A DNA stretch of 64,000 bases from Candidatus Omnitrophota bacterium (GCA_028717245.1 JAQUOD010000001.1:21514-85513); one strand, 5' to 3'. Positions 17,078-26,910 are shown, numbered from the stretch's first letter. Numbers and translations are program-made. Notes: generated by a model not told the origin, from the sequence alone.

Positions 17078-17423
17078 GTCCTCCCCCCTTCTACTTATAA
17101 TAGACGTAGAAAGGAGCGGAATCTAACAGGGACTTTTTAGGGGAGTAGGAAGATCGGGGTTGATTCTATCGCCTGTAATAAGCTAAGAATTGAGAAGTTC
17201 TCTCCCTTAAGGGGACTCGCCCAGAATACGCCCGGGTATCACGTTACCGAAAAAGGAGAGCTTTATTCCGATAAGTATAGCCACGCCGCCTCGGAGATAC
17301 CCTGAAACGTACCTTTATCAAAAACGCCTGACCGGCCAAAAAACAATTTTAACCCCTTAGGGCATAAAAATAGCGCTGATCCTACTTCGGAATCAGCGCT
17401 ATTTTTATCGTACCTCTCTTCTT

Positions 17424-17591
17424 TTAGCGGCCTTCGTTCTTACGCTTTGAATAACAATCCTTGCAGTATATCGGACGATCTTCTCTGGGTTTAAACGGGA
17501 CTTCGCACTCTTTTTTGCACTCCGAACAAACAGCCTTGTGCATCTCCCGTGGCCCGCCAAATCCACCACCACCGCCTTCTCGATATGCCAT
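17424..17591 (-). CDS. Unannotated small zinc-ribbon protein, 55 aa (MAYREGGGGGFGGPREMHKAVCSECKKECEVPFKPREDRPIYCKDCYSKRKNEGR)
   Basis: Perfect SD AAGGAGGA 6 nt before ATG; CxxC-x13-CxxC; below the ORF-track length cut-off. Confidence 0.6.
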   Translation of the reverse strand: MAYREGGGGGFGGPREMHKAVCSECKKECEVPFKPREDRPIYCKDCYSKRKNEGR

Positions 17592-17600
17592 GTTTCCTCC

Positions 17601-17756
17601 TTATTCTAAGGTGACCTGGTCATTGGAGGCCTGCCCAGAATCAGGCGCGGACTCCCTCACTTTTTTCTCCAATTTTCTTTGTCTCTTTTCCTCTGCCTTC
17701 TTTTTCCTGGCCTGTTCTTTCTGATACTTTTTATATGAATAATTTTCTCTAGCCAC
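17601..17756 (-). CDS. Unannotated small highly charged protein, 51 aa, GTG start, translationally coupled to the zinc-ribbon gene
   Basis: SD GGGAGGA 6 nt before GTG; stop TAA immediately precedes SD of next small gene. Confidence 0.4.
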   Translation of the reverse strand: MARENYSYKKYQKEQARKKKAEEKRQRKLEKKVRESAPDSGQASNDQVTLE

Positions 17757-17812
17757 AGTATCCTCCCTGAATATAATTTTACGTCAAACCGCCGCTTTTT
17801 ACAAGCTATTTA

Positions 17813-19309
17813 TTATGAGGCAAAACACAACCCTTTAACTAATCCCGGCAAAAGCTCCTCATAAAGATAGGATTTAGAGTGTTTGCGGCAGAGGTACTTC
17901 AGAAACACAGGAGATTTTTTATTTAGGAATTCCGGGTAATCCGCAGGCCGCCTTTTAAAACGGCTCTCCCAGGCCACCCAGTCCTGTAGTATCGTAGAGA
18001 TTTTTACCCCTGCCTTTGTCTTAAAAGTATAGAGTGTTTTCTGGAAGACCTGGCTGTCATAAAGCCGATCCATGGCATAAGACAACTTTTCGACATTCTT
18101 TACTTGCGTATCAGTCATAGCATTACTTTTATAGGCAGAATACGGAGCACTTTGATCATATTTAATACCAAAGCTTGCAGCCCTATCCCGTAATGTTGTT
18201 CCGGGAAGCATAGCCAGGCGGAAGATCGCCACTTTTGCCGGGCGCATCGAGTAAAGCCAGTCCAAAGATTTCATCAGGCTCTCGTAGCTCTGATGAGGGA
18301 GCGCATCAATAAGCTGTATCTCATAGTAAAGCTTAAATTTATTTAAGTAGCGGATACCCTTAATAAACTTTTCTTTATTAAATCTGCGGTTGATCGCTTT
18401 TAGGGTTTTGGGATTTGTACTCTGGATACCGATTTCTATATTATAGGCATTGGCCTCTGATAAAAGCCGGGCCATCTCTTTATCAACCAGCTCTGCCTTT
18501 AACTCCACGTGCAAGTTAGCCCCTTCGTTATATCTGATAAAAATCTTAAGGATCTTTTTTGCCCTTTGGGGGTTGGAATTAAAGGTAGGGTCCATCAGGT
18601 ATACCTCGTGAGGCTTATGCGAGAGAATAAACTTTAACTCCTTCTCTACCCGGCTAAGAGAAAAATACCTCGCCACAGGAAAATTCTTATGATAATAGCA
18701 ATAGTGGCAGCGGGAAGCGCATCCGCGCATGGTTTCCAAGGGCACATCTACAATATTTTTGTCTTTGAGGTCTACCAAGCGAGAGAGATACGGCGAAGGG
18801 ATTCGGCCGACATTGCGTAAGAGCGGCCTATCCGGATTACGGATTATCTTTGTACCTTTACGAAATGAAATCCCTTTAATGCCGGATAGATTTGTGGTTA
18901 TAGAGCGCCTCGCCTGGACGGCTAATTGCGCGAAGCTCTCCTCGCCCTCGCCCCTTACTACTGCATCAATCGCCTTTTCTTTAGCCAATATTTCTTCTGC
19001 GCGCGGGCTCACTTCCGGGCCGCCTAAAACAATCTTTATCCCTGAGTTTATCTCTTTTAAGCGGCGGCAGATATTTAAAATTTTATTGATGTTCCAGAGA
19101 TAGCAGGAAAAACCGATCAGGCGGGGTTTGAGTTCAAGGATCTTTTTTATGATGGCGGGTATATGCTGGTTTTCGTTAAAAACCCGTATGGTTACGTCAG
19201 ATGATGGCCTGATCCTTAGAAGATAACCCTTTAAATAATAAAGGGCCAGCTGAATGTCAGTGCCGTTTTCCAGGCAGATCGAAGAAAGTAATATTTTCAT
19301 TAAGGCCAC
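17813..19309 (-). CDS. B12-binding-domain radical SAM protein (class B, DUF4080-type C-terminus)
   Basis: N-terminal cobalamin-binding-like domain, CASRCHYC radical SAM cluster motif. Confidence 0.75.
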   Translation of the reverse strand: MALMKILLSSICLENGTDIQLALYYLKGYLLRIRPSSDVTIRVFNENQHIPAIIKKILELKPRLIGFSCYLWNINKILNICRRLKEINSGIKIVLGGPEVSPRAEEILAKEKAIDAVVRGEGEESFAQLAVQARRSITTNLSGIKGISFRKGTKIIRNPDRPLLRNVGRIPSPYLSRLVDLKDKNIVDVPLETMRGCASRCHYCYYHKNFPVARYFSLSRVEKELKFILSHKPHEVYLMDPTFNSNPQRAKKILKIFIRYNEGANLHVELKAELVDKEMARLLSEANAYNIEIGIQSTNPKTLKAINRRFNKEKFIKGIRYLNKFKLYYEIQLIDALPHQSYESLMKSLDWLYSMRPAKVAIFRLAMLPGTTLRDRAASFGIKYDQSAPYSAYKSNAMTDTQVKNVEKLSYAMDRLYDSQVFQKTLYTFKTKAGVKISTILQDWVAWESRFKRRPADYPEFLNKKSPVFLKYLCRKHSKSYLYEELLPGLVKGLCFAS

Positions 19310-19333
19310 TTTGGCCTGTCTCTCCTTAGTTAA

Positions 19334-19753
19334 TTAAAATTCGTCTATCTTGGGGCGGAAGGAACGCATCTCTTTCTTCTCGGCCCGTTCCCTCTTAAGC
19401 CGTAATATCTTTTCCTTTGCCCGTTTAGAGCGCCGGCGCTTCTGCTTTCTTATCTTGGCGATGCGCTTTCTTTCTTCTGATAGCTCACCTAGCCTAAGCG
19501 TCTCGATTTTATTAACTAGTATCCTTCTGGCCAGAAACCTATTCAAACCCTGATACCGCTCCTGTTGGCATTTTACCTCTATGCCGGTGGGTATATGCTT
19601 CAAATAAACGCAGGTGGATACCTTGTTGACGTTTTGGCCCCCCTTACCTCCTGAACGGATGAATTTCTCTTCTATGTCCTGCTCGCGGATGCCCAGTTTT
19701 TGCATCCTTTCGCTTAATGCCTTTTGCTTAGTTTCACTGATACTGGATTCCAT
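19334..19753 (-). CDS. arfB: Alternative ribosome-rescue factor ArfB (peptidyl-tRNA hydrolase, RF-1 domain)
   Basis: GGQ motif in [11 protein letters not shown]; basic C-terminal tail; ~139 aa. Confidence 0.85.
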   Translation of the reverse strand: MESSISETKQKALSERMQKLGIREQDIEEKFIRSGGKGGQNVNKVSTCVYLKHIPTGIEVKCQQERYQGLNRFLARRILVNKIETLRLGELSEERKRIAKIRKQKRRRSKRAKEKILRLKRERAEKKEMRSFRPKIDEF

Positions 19754-19820
19754 TTTAATTCCTAATGTTAGGGACAGTCCCCTTGGTTTCTATCTAGTTC
19801 GATATATGCGGGGACAGTCC

Positions 19821-20573
19821 CTAGGGACTATACTCTTTCATGACCATGGAATAGCCCAGGGCGCCGCTGGTCTGGATTTTTAGGGGGATGCGGCGGCTAT
19901 CTGCGCTAATCCAGATATCGATTTGCCTGGGGGTACTGCTAAAATGATATGCCTTAAAAGTGCCGGCAGGGACAGTTAGCTCTTCTTCGGAAACCAACTC
20001 TATTTCTAACCTCCGGGTAGGCAGGTTAGCAATAATTACTCTTCCCACATCCAAATTAGGGGTATGGCGTACATAATACGGCAGGAGCGCGGCATTATGG
20101 ATAAGGTCGTCTTTTTTGATAATGAGCCGCTCCTGTTTTTTCATCCCTTTCTTCTTAATGATAGTAACCGTAAAGTTAGTTTGGTCATAGTGCTCGTTAA
20201 TTTTTTCATGCGTAAATATGTTCATGATATCCCGCTCTACCTTTACCGGTAAGAGAGTTTGCGGGTCGCTATAAATTCTTTCCGTATCGCTAAAGTGGGT
20301 TAATTTAGTTTCCATGACCATGAGGTTTAAAATTCTGCCTTCTAAGGGGGCATTGCCGATATTGGAAAAACGCATCCGGCCTAAACGCACCTTGCCCAGC
20401 ATGACATCATAGGTAATTTTTTCCCCGCTATATTTAGATTGTCCGATACGACGATTACCTGCGGATTTATCTTTGGCTTTTAGGGAGAGGATAGAACTAA
20501 AGGCCCCCAGGAGAAAAGCAGTAAAAAGGCATAAAAGCAGGGTATTTAAAAATTTCTTACGGGTTCTTTTCAA
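19821..20573 (-). CDS. Exported hypothetical protein (DUF3108-like)
   Basis: N-terminal signal/TM segment; size and composition only. Confidence 0.4.
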   Translation of the reverse strand: MKRTRKKFLNTLLLCLFTAFLLGAFSSILSLKAKDKSAGNRRIGQSKYSGEKITYDVMLGKVRLGRMRFSNIGNAPLEGRILNLMVMETKLTHFSDTERIYSDPQTLLPVKVERDIMNIFTHEKINEHYDQTNFTVTIIKKKGMKKQERLIIKKDDLIHNAALLPYYVRHTPNLDVGRVIIANLPTRRLEIELVSEEELTVPAGTFKAYHFSSTPRQIDIWISADSRRIPLKIQTSGALGYSMVMKEYSP

Positions 20574-20787
20574 TACTTTCTATTTCTATGTTCCAGTCTT
20601 TTAAATATTTAAAGGCCCTATCCAGTTCCGCTTCCTGGCCTTCAACAATCAATATTGCCCAGCCCGTATCAGTGGAGAATGATGCCTCCAGGATCTTTAC
20701 AATAATATCGAATTGTTTGCAGAGATTACAAATGATGGGTTCGTCTTTTAACTCAAGAGGAAAAGTTAATTCGGCTTTTATTTTCAT
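20557..20787 (-). CDS. Small NIL-domain-like protein
   Basis: ~76 aa ferredoxin-like fold pattern resembling NIL domain; weak. Confidence 0.35.
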   Translation of the reverse strand: MKIKAELTFPLELKDEPIICNLCKQFDIIVKILEASFSTDTGWAILIVEGQEAELDRAFKYLKDWNIEIESIEKNP

Positions 20788-21253
20788 GTTTTACCTTTTT
20801 GATAATGGTTAGGGTTATTAAATAAGTCAGCGCCCCCAAACAAAATGCCACTATAAAATAACCTATTAGCAGCGACTGAATGATTTTCAGGGTAGATACC
20901 TGCAATAAATCTACGGCCCGGAAACTTTTTAGAAACTCTATTAAGTCCTTATGGGCCTTTTGCCAATCTAATCCCATTATACCCGAACCTATCTTGATTG
21001 ACAAGATAAATGTGACAAAACTTAACCAGGTATTAGTCAGGAGGCTGCCTAATAAACTAGCCGCGCGGTTGACTTTGAATAATAAGGCCGCGCAGATAGC
21101 GGCAATAGGCCCTGTGCCGGGCAGTATCCCTAAAAAAACACCCAGGCCCAACCCCAGGGCTATCCTCTGCGGCGTATCATGTATGCGGAAGAGTTTTATA
21201 TAAATAAATTTTAAGAAGCGCGAAATTCGGTTAACCCAACTCCTATCTTCCAT
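20753..21253 (-). CDS. DUF2062 family membrane protein
   Basis: RIALGLGLGVFLGILP motif and 3-4 TM helices. Confidence 0.6.
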   Translation of the reverse strand: MEDRSWVNRISRFLKFIYIKLFRIHDTPQRIALGLGLGVFLGILPGTGPIAAICAALLFKVNRAASLLGSLLTNTWLSFVTFILSIKIGSGIMGLDWQKAHKDLIEFLKSFRAVDLLQVSTLKIIQSLLIGYFIVAFCLGALTYLITLTIIKKVKHENKSRINFSS

Positions 21254-21255
21254 TC

Positions 21256-22209
21256 TTAAATAGGTTTTATGTTTACGCCGGCAAACCTTTCTAAGCCATG
21301 CGCATCCTGCGTCCAGCCGTTATATAAGCCATACTTTTCCATAGCGGCTTTGGCATCTAAGTATTCCTGGCGGGTAATGCGCCGGGCAATCCCCGGGAAC
21401 TCTTCTGCTTTATAATAGGGGGAATACTGGCTCATCAGGCTGATGTATGAATCCGCAGAAAGCTCTCTGGCGATAAAACGCATTATCTTATCTGTCCCGG
21501 AGATATCATCCGGCAGGGCCAGATGCCTGATAATCAATCCCCTCTCTATTATGGCCTGCTCATCCATTTGGGCAATGCCTACCTGCCTATGCATTTCTTT
21601 TAAGGATGCCTGATTAAATTTAGGATAATCCGGCGCGCGGGAATATTTAATCGCCTGGGCATTATCGGCATAACGCATATCCGCAAGATATATATCTACT
21701 ATGCCATCCAATAATTTTATGATTTCAGGCAGTTCGTATCCGCTGGTATTATATACCAGCGGGATTTTTAAGCCCTTGGGGATAGCCAGGGATAAGGCTT
21801 TCAGGATCTGCGGCAGGCAATGCGTAGGCGTGACTAAATTTATATTGTGGCAGCCTGCCTCTTGTAACTGCAGCATAAAATCTGCCAGGGCCTCTATCTC
21901 TATTTCCCTGCCTCCCCCCAGTTGGCTAAACTCGTAATTCTGGCAATAAGCGCAGGCCATATTACATCCTGAGAAAAATATTGTCCCGGAACCGCGCCTG
22001 CCGGATACGGGCGGTTCTTCGCCGTGATGGGCCATAAAACTATAGACTTTGGGTTTTAGCCCTGTCCGGCAGAACCCTTTTTTATCCTTCAGGCGGTTTA
22101 CTTTGCATTTACGCGGGCAGATAGTGCAGGATGAAAGCATGGCAAAGATTTCTTCGCTGATGCTGTCTAATTTTCCGTTATGGTATGATTCTAGATAGAT
22201 GGGATACAT
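21256..22209 (-). CDS. Radical SAM enzyme, PFL-activase-like (AmrS / AmmeMemoRadiSam-type)
   Basis: N-terminal CTICPRKC plus radical SAM CNMACAYC cluster. Confidence 0.6.
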   Translation of the reverse strand: MYPIYLESYHNGKLDSISEEIFAMLSSCTICPRKCKVNRLKDKKGFCRTGLKPKVYSFMAHHGEEPPVSGRRGSGTIFFSGCNMACAYCQNYEFSQLGGGREIEIEALADFMLQLQEAGCHNINLVTPTHCLPQILKALSLAIPKGLKIPLVYNTSGYELPEIIKLLDGIVDIYLADMRYADNAQAIKYSRAPDYPKFNQASLKEMHRQVGIAQMDEQAIIERGLIIRHLALPDDISGTDKIMRFIARELSADSYISLMSQYSPYYKAEEFPGIARRITRQEYLDAKAAMEKYGLYNGWTQDAHGLERFAGVNIKPI

Positions 22210-22733
22210 TTATTTTTAATCTGCGCCGCATAGATTTCTCTGATACGGTTAAAGACGGCGATATAGTCAGCTGTCTTGTAATCCGGGTAGGTCCATTCCC
22301 AGGCCTTAAAATCCTTATGTTCATAAAAAAGGGTTATCTCCGCATAGATGCCTTTATCAAGATAAATACGGTGCTTATAGTCTTTGGTTGTCGCCAGGAC
22401 AAGTTTTGCCATATCCAGATAACCCGGGTCAATGTTGATTAAACGTAGTCCCGCCCGGGATAATTTTTGCTCAATTCTGTTAGTTGCGATTTTTATTTTA
22501 GGCAGGCCTTCGGGAGGGATGAGCTTTTTAAAGCTAACGAATTTTCTTTTTAAGCCCTTGCCGAATTCTTCTTCGTAGTAATGCGTATGGGTAAAAGGAA
22601 GAAGCGGGCTTTCAAAGTCTATCCTGCCGAATTTTTTCTCTAAGAAAGATTCGGCCTTAGCCAGGGTATTCTCTTCCTTGAAGATGAAACCGCTAAATAG
22701 TTTTACCGCTAAATGTTTTTTTATTTTACCCAC
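22191..22733 (-). CDS. DUF4416 family protein
   Basis: Conserved hypothetical pattern, no catalytic motif recognised. Confidence 0.4.
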   Translation of the reverse strand: MGKIKKHLAVKLFSGFIFKEENTLAKAESFLEKKFGRIDFESPLLPFTHTHYYEEEFGKGLKRKFVSFKKLIPPEGLPKIKIATNRIEQKLSRAGLRLINIDPGYLDMAKLVLATTKDYKHRIYLDKGIYAEITLFYEHKDFKAWEWTYPDYKTADYIAVFNRIREIYAAQIKNKCIPSI

Positions 22734-22779
22734 GTAATTTTTTTAGGCGGGGAGAGAATTTAGTTCAATTTAAGGCTGC

Positions 22780-23208
22780 TTATAACCTTTTATGGCCGCA
22801 GGATTCTTTGGGCAAGAATTGGTTTACATACTGGGATATCTTTTTACGTTGGCCGGGCGTGATCTTATTGAAAAATATGGCGATATTAAAACCACCGTTT
22901 TCTTTATCTTCTGTCCTGACGATTACGCCGGTGCATTCAACCTCGACATTTTCTATTCTTTTTGCGTTCGTAATGGGCAGGATAACCTTGGCTGCGATTT
23001 TGGTAAAGGGAGGTATGTATTTATCTAAACAGCAATAGGCGCCTACGCAGCTGATGTTCTGGGTGCTGGTGGTGAAATCATAGCCGTTAGCCACTATCTT
23101 AATGGGTAGGGCCTGTTTTATCCGGGGGTAACGTCTTCTCTCTGTTGTTTTTTTGCGCTTTATCATTTTTTTTCTTCTTTGGGTTTCTGCGTTGCCTTGC
23201 GCCAGCAT
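22780..23208 (-). CDS. PilZ-domain c-di-GMP receptor protein
   Basis: RRRYPRIK (RxxxR) and DxSxxG-like TQNISCVGAY motif. Confidence 0.65.
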   Translation of the reverse strand: MLAQGNAETQRRKKMIKRKKTTERRRYPRIKQALPIKIVANGYDFTTSTQNISCVGAYCCLDKYIPPFTKIAAKVILPITNAKRIENVEVECTGVIVRTEDKENGGFNIAIFFNKITPGQRKKISQYVNQFLPKESCGHKRL

Positions 23209-23363
23209 CTTTTGTTACAGTAGAATTTTCCGTTACGGTAATACCGTTTTAACTTCCTAATAGGCTTATTACAGGCTAAGCAATTAGTCTGTTTTTCTTC
23301 TATTGGCTTTGCGGGCTTGGGCTGCTCTTTGGCTGCTTCTGGCTTAGCTGCTTCAGCGGTCAT
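23163..23363 (-). CDS. Small Cys-rich basic protein (putative zinc-binding)
   Basis: CLACNKP..CNKRC pattern; overlaps PilZ ORF 5' region. Confidence 0.4.
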   Translation of the reverse strand: MTAEAAKPEAAKEQPKPAKPIEEKQTNCLACNKPIRKLKRYYRNGKFYCNKRCWRKATQKPKEEKK

Positions 23364-23556
23364 TATTTCTTCCTTTCTTCTTGAATATATCCTCGATTAT
23401 TTTGATTTACAGGTAAAAATATAGCACACATTCTTAGAAATGTCAAACAGCAAAGTCTCTTGTAAATTCTATCAGGCAGCGGGTCCTCACCGCGTGGTGA
23501 GCCTCTCGTCAAATTTTCCTCGAGGCATCTCCCGCGTCACCCGCTGGAGATTACAA

Positions 23557-24642
23557 TTAAAGTATTTCTTTCACCGCTTCTTGAATGACCTTAAGCGGAA
23601 TGTTTTCTTTTACACAGGCCTTGCCGATGCCTTTGATGAGGACGAATTTATTCTTACTTCCGCTGAACTTCTTATCGCGATAGTGCGCCTTTATTATATC
23701 AGAAAGAGGAATATTCTTTATCCTGGCAGGTAAGTTCACCTTTTCTATCAGCCCTTTAATCCTTTCGGCTACGGAGTCATCAATCAGGTTTAATCTTTTG
23801 CTTACGCCGCAGGCTGCCAGCATGCCTAAGGCAATGGCCTCGCCATGGCTGTATTTTTTATATCTTCCGGCTGCCTCAATGGCATGGCCTATGGTATGGC
23901 CGAAGTTCAGGATAGTGCGCATGCCCTTCTCTTCCCTTTCATCCTGCTGGATAATTTTTGCCTTGATATCGCTGCAGCGGGTTATTATAAATTCCAAAGC
24001 GGATGTTTTTAACTTAATGATATCGCGATAGTTTTTTTCAAGGTATGCGAATAAGCGGGCGTCTTTTATGATCCCGTATTTGATTATCTCGGCGAGGCCG
24101 TTTCTTATTTGCCTGGCGTTTAATGTTTTCAGGAACTTTATGTCGCTCAATACTAACTTGGGTTGATAAAAGGCGCCCAGGAGGTTTTTGCCCTGGGTCA
24201 GATCTACCGCGGTTTTTCCGCCGATAGCAGAATCAACCTGCGCCAATAGCGTCGTGGGCAGCTGTATGTAGGCAATGCCGCGCCTATAAATAGAGGCGAT
24301 GAATCCGGCCAGGTCGCCGATGACCCCGCCTCCGAAAGCGACGATGAAGATGCGCCTCTTTTTATCATAGGCAGTTAAATCCCGGATTATCGTAGAAACC
24401 ATCTCTATAGACTTGCTTTTTTCCGTATCGGGAATAAGTTTAAATCTTACCTCAAGCCCGGATCCTTTAAGTATTTTATCCAGTGATTTCCCGTGCCTTT
24501 TGTTTATGGGCGTATTTGTAATTACGTATGCGCTGCTTCCGATATTTAGTCCGGATATGTATCTGCCCAGGTGTTTTATGGCGTTATCCGCGATAACTAT
24601 ATTGTAGGAACGTTTCTTGAGGTTCAGTTTCAGTACGCGCAT
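23557..24642 (-). CDS. aroB: 3-dehydroquinate synthase
   Basis: GGGVIGDLAGF, nucleotide and metal-binding motifs of AroB. Confidence 0.85.
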   Translation of the reverse strand: MRVLKLNLKKRSYNIVIADNAIKHLGRYISGLNIGSSAYVITNTPINKRHGKSLDKILKGSGLEVRFKLIPDTEKSKSIEMVSTIIRDLTAYDKKRRIFIVAFGGGVIGDLAGFIASIYRRGIAYIQLPTTLLAQVDSAIGGKTAVDLTQGKNLLGAFYQPKLVLSDIKFLKTLNARQIRNGLAEIIKYGIIKDARLFAYLEKNYRDIIKLKTSALEFIITRCSDIKAKIIQQDEREEKGMRTILNFGHTIGHAIEAAGRYKKYSHGEAIALGMLAACGVSKRLNLIDDSVAERIKGLIEKVNLPARIKNIPLSDIIKAHYRDKKFSGSKNKFVLIKGIGKACVKENIPLKVIQEAVKEIL

Positions 24643-24647
24643 TTTTT

Positions 24648-25268
24648 TTAAGAAAATACCCCCAGTAATTTCAGTATCAGGCTTACCCCGGACCAGATGA
24701 TGCGGCCGAAGACCCCTAGCCAGAGCATCATAATTATAATAATAAATCCGTAAGGTTCAATAAGCGCATATTTCTGGGCTAATTTTTCAGGCAATATCCC
24801 CAATAAGATACGCGAACCGTCTAAAGGCGGTATGGGGATGAGATTAAATACAGCCAGGACTACGTTGATGATAATGAGGTTTTCTATGGCGAACTTCAGC
24901 ACTACGGGCAGGGGTAATAATCTTAATATTATACTTAGGAGAAAGGCAAAAAGGAAATTTACGAGGGGCCCGCTTGCGCCTATCCAGATAATATCGCTCC
25001 TGGGGTTTTTTAAGGAGGAATAATTTATCGGGACGGGTTTTGCCGCCCCGAAAACAAACTGCCCGTTGGTACTCATAAACAGGAATAAGGGCAGTAAGAA
25101 TGTCCAGAGCGGGTCTATATGCGCTAAAGGGTTCAGGGTGAGCCTGCCGGAATTTTTAGCGGTAGAGTCCCCTAATTTATAGGCTACCCAACCGTGGGCG
25201 AATTCATGCACGGTCATCGCTATGATTAATAACCCAAACAATAATAAGAAAGATACTAAAAGGGCCAT
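24648..25268 (-). CDS. Peptidase M50 / site-2 protease family membrane metalloprotease
   Basis: HEFAHG zinc motif within TM helix, multi-TM. Confidence 0.8.
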   Translation of the reverse strand: MALLVSFLLLFGLLIIAMTVHEFAHGWVAYKLGDSTAKNSGRLTLNPLAHIDPLWTFLLPLFLFMSTNGQFVFGAAKPVPINYSSLKNPRSDIIWIGASGPLVNFLFAFLLSIILRLLPLPVVLKFAIENLIIINVVLAVFNLIPIPPLDGSRILLGILPEKLAQKYALIEPYGFIIIIMMLWLGVFGRIIWSGVSLILKLLGVFS

Positions 25269-25273
25269 AATAT

Positions 25274-26044
25274 TTAATCTAGCGCTTCTATTTTTGTTAT
25301 TTCAACGACGGGGTTAGGGCCTTTAATATTGATTAATTTTCCGGTTACCTTTACCCTGCAGTAATTTAAGTTATCCAGGTTTTCTTTATTCCCTTTTAAA
25401 AAAAATACTTTTTTATCCGGGGTGATAAGTTTATGCGTTGCGTTACGCCTGAAGACCTTGCCGTAGGGTTTTACAATGCCTTCAAGGATTATGGTTTCAT
25501 CTAAAACAGGTTCCTTATTAATTACCGCAGCTTCTTTTTCTTGGGGCGGGGTTAATTTGGCCTCTTGCGTTATTTCATCGGCAACGCTCGCTTTATCCAC
25601 GAAGCTCTTATGTATCCAGCCGAAACTATCATTCACCGGTTCTATTTTGTACCACCCCCCCTTATCTTCTAAGATGTTTACCACCTCGTTTTTATCGGCT
25701 CTCCCCAATATCCACGACGATTCGCTAGGTTGCATGCGGATATTTACGTTATCTTTTAATACCTTGGCGGTATTATTCTCTATGACGGTAACTAAGGTTT
25801 TTTTGATAAAAGACGGCGCGGTTTTGGGCATCCGGATCTTATACCATTCGTATAATTCCCGCACCACCTCTACCTTATCCCCTTTATTTATTTTGCAGAT
25901 AATCCGGGAACTTACCGTGGAGTCAGAGCGTACGTTGATATCGTTGGCGTTAATTATCCCCTGGTAAGAAGCCGCGTAAAGCGGATGGGACGCAATTATT
26001 ATGATCAGCGATAATACGGCGGATATTTTTAAGGCTGGGCGCAT
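25274..26044 (-). CDS. Secreted SH3b-domain protein
   Basis: Signal peptide, bacterial SH3-like repeats (NVRS..S..G..V). Confidence 0.55.
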   Translation of the reverse strand: MRPALKISAVLSLIIIIASHPLYAASYQGIINANDINVRSDSTVSSRIICKINKGDKVEVVRELYEWYKIRMPKTAPSFIKKTLVTVIENNTAKVLKDNVNIRMQPSESSWILGRADKNEVVNILEDKGGWYKIEPVNDSFGWIHKSFVDKASVADEITQEAKLTPPQEKEAAVINKEPVLDETIILEGIVKPYGKVFRRNATHKLITPDKKVFFLKGNKENLDNLNYCRVKVTGKLINIKGPNPVVEITKIEALD

Positions 26045-26052
26045 CTATTTTA

Positions 26053-26364
26053 TTACTTACCCTGTGTCTTGGCAGCAGCGGCCCCTTTGGCAGGAGTTTG
26101 TGTTTTGGTTTCGCTAGCGGCAGGAGCGGCCCCTTCGGCAGCAGCAGTTTCTGTTTTTTCCGCTTTTTCTTTCTTGATTTTTATCCTTATGGTCTTAATC
26201 TTAGGCAGGCCGCAGACTTCATCGCCTTCCTTCCATTGCTCTTTATCCAGCATGATTCTTAAGCGTTCCGTGCGTTTTAATACCGACCTTTGTTTTTTAT
26301 TTTTGTCCGATAATTTTAATGAAGGGTGTATTGACATTGTTTTTAAAGCCTCCTTACTCTGCAA
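26053..26364 (-). CDS. Small basic protein with Ala/Lys-rich low-complexity tail
   Basis: Composition only. Confidence 0.4.
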   Translation of the reverse strand: MQSKEALKTMSIHPSLKLSDKNKKQRSVLKRTERLRIMLDKEQWKEGDEVCGLPKIKTIRIKIKKEKAEKTETAAAEGAAPAASETKTQTPAKGAAAAKTQGK

Positions 26365-26879
26365 TCCTGGTATTGTTTTTTTAGCTTTGGTAATAAAAAC
26401 TCTGCTTCTTGTTTGTTAGGGAAGTTTCCCACGCAAACTATGGTAAATTTGCCTTTAGACAGGACCATGGTGGATAGCCCCTTCTTTTTTAAAATATCCG
26501 CTTCCCTCTGCGCGTTTTTCCTGTTGATGAAAGAAGCCACCTGTATGGTATAGTTCGGGGGTAGAAGAGATTGTTGTGCCGCTTGTGCCTGCGTATCTGC
26601 CTGCCTGGGAGCTAATGCAGCGGCTTTAGGCTGTGCCTTCTGGGCCTTCAGGGCGATGTCCAGGCGGGAATCTGTTTTTAGCCGCACTATCCTTTTGCCC
26701 CTCTCTACGCCTAAAGAAAAACAGACGATACCGGTAATCGCCAGGCCGATGATTATAAGGATTGTTTTTTCCCACCCCCGGATAAAATTCAGAAGTAAAC
26801 CGGAAAGGCGCGTTTCCTTTTGGCCTGGCTCTCTGGTTTGCGAAAATAACTCTAATTGCTGGGCTTCTTCTCTTTTCAT
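26343..26879 (-). CDS. SPOR-domain septal peptidoglycan-binding protein
   Basis: N-terminal TM, C-terminal YTIQVASF..A..L sporulation-related repeat. Confidence 0.7.
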   Translation of the reverse strand: MKREEAQQLELFSQTREPGQKETRLSGLLLNFIRGWEKTILIIIGLAITGIVCFSLGVERGKRIVRLKTDSRLDIALKAQKAQPKAAALAPRQADTQAQAAQQSLLPPNYTIQVASFINRKNAQREADILKKKGLSTMVLSKGKFTIVCVGNFPNKQEAEFLLPKLKKQYQDCRVRRL

Positions 26880-26910
26880 AGCGGTTATTATATAACTTTT
26901 AACGCCTTAA

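Noticed and set aside
17461-17724. Plus-strand 87 aa ORF
   Set aside because: Proline/low-complexity translation without RBS; the minus strand carries two small ORFs with strong Shine-Dalgarno sequences that explain the region better
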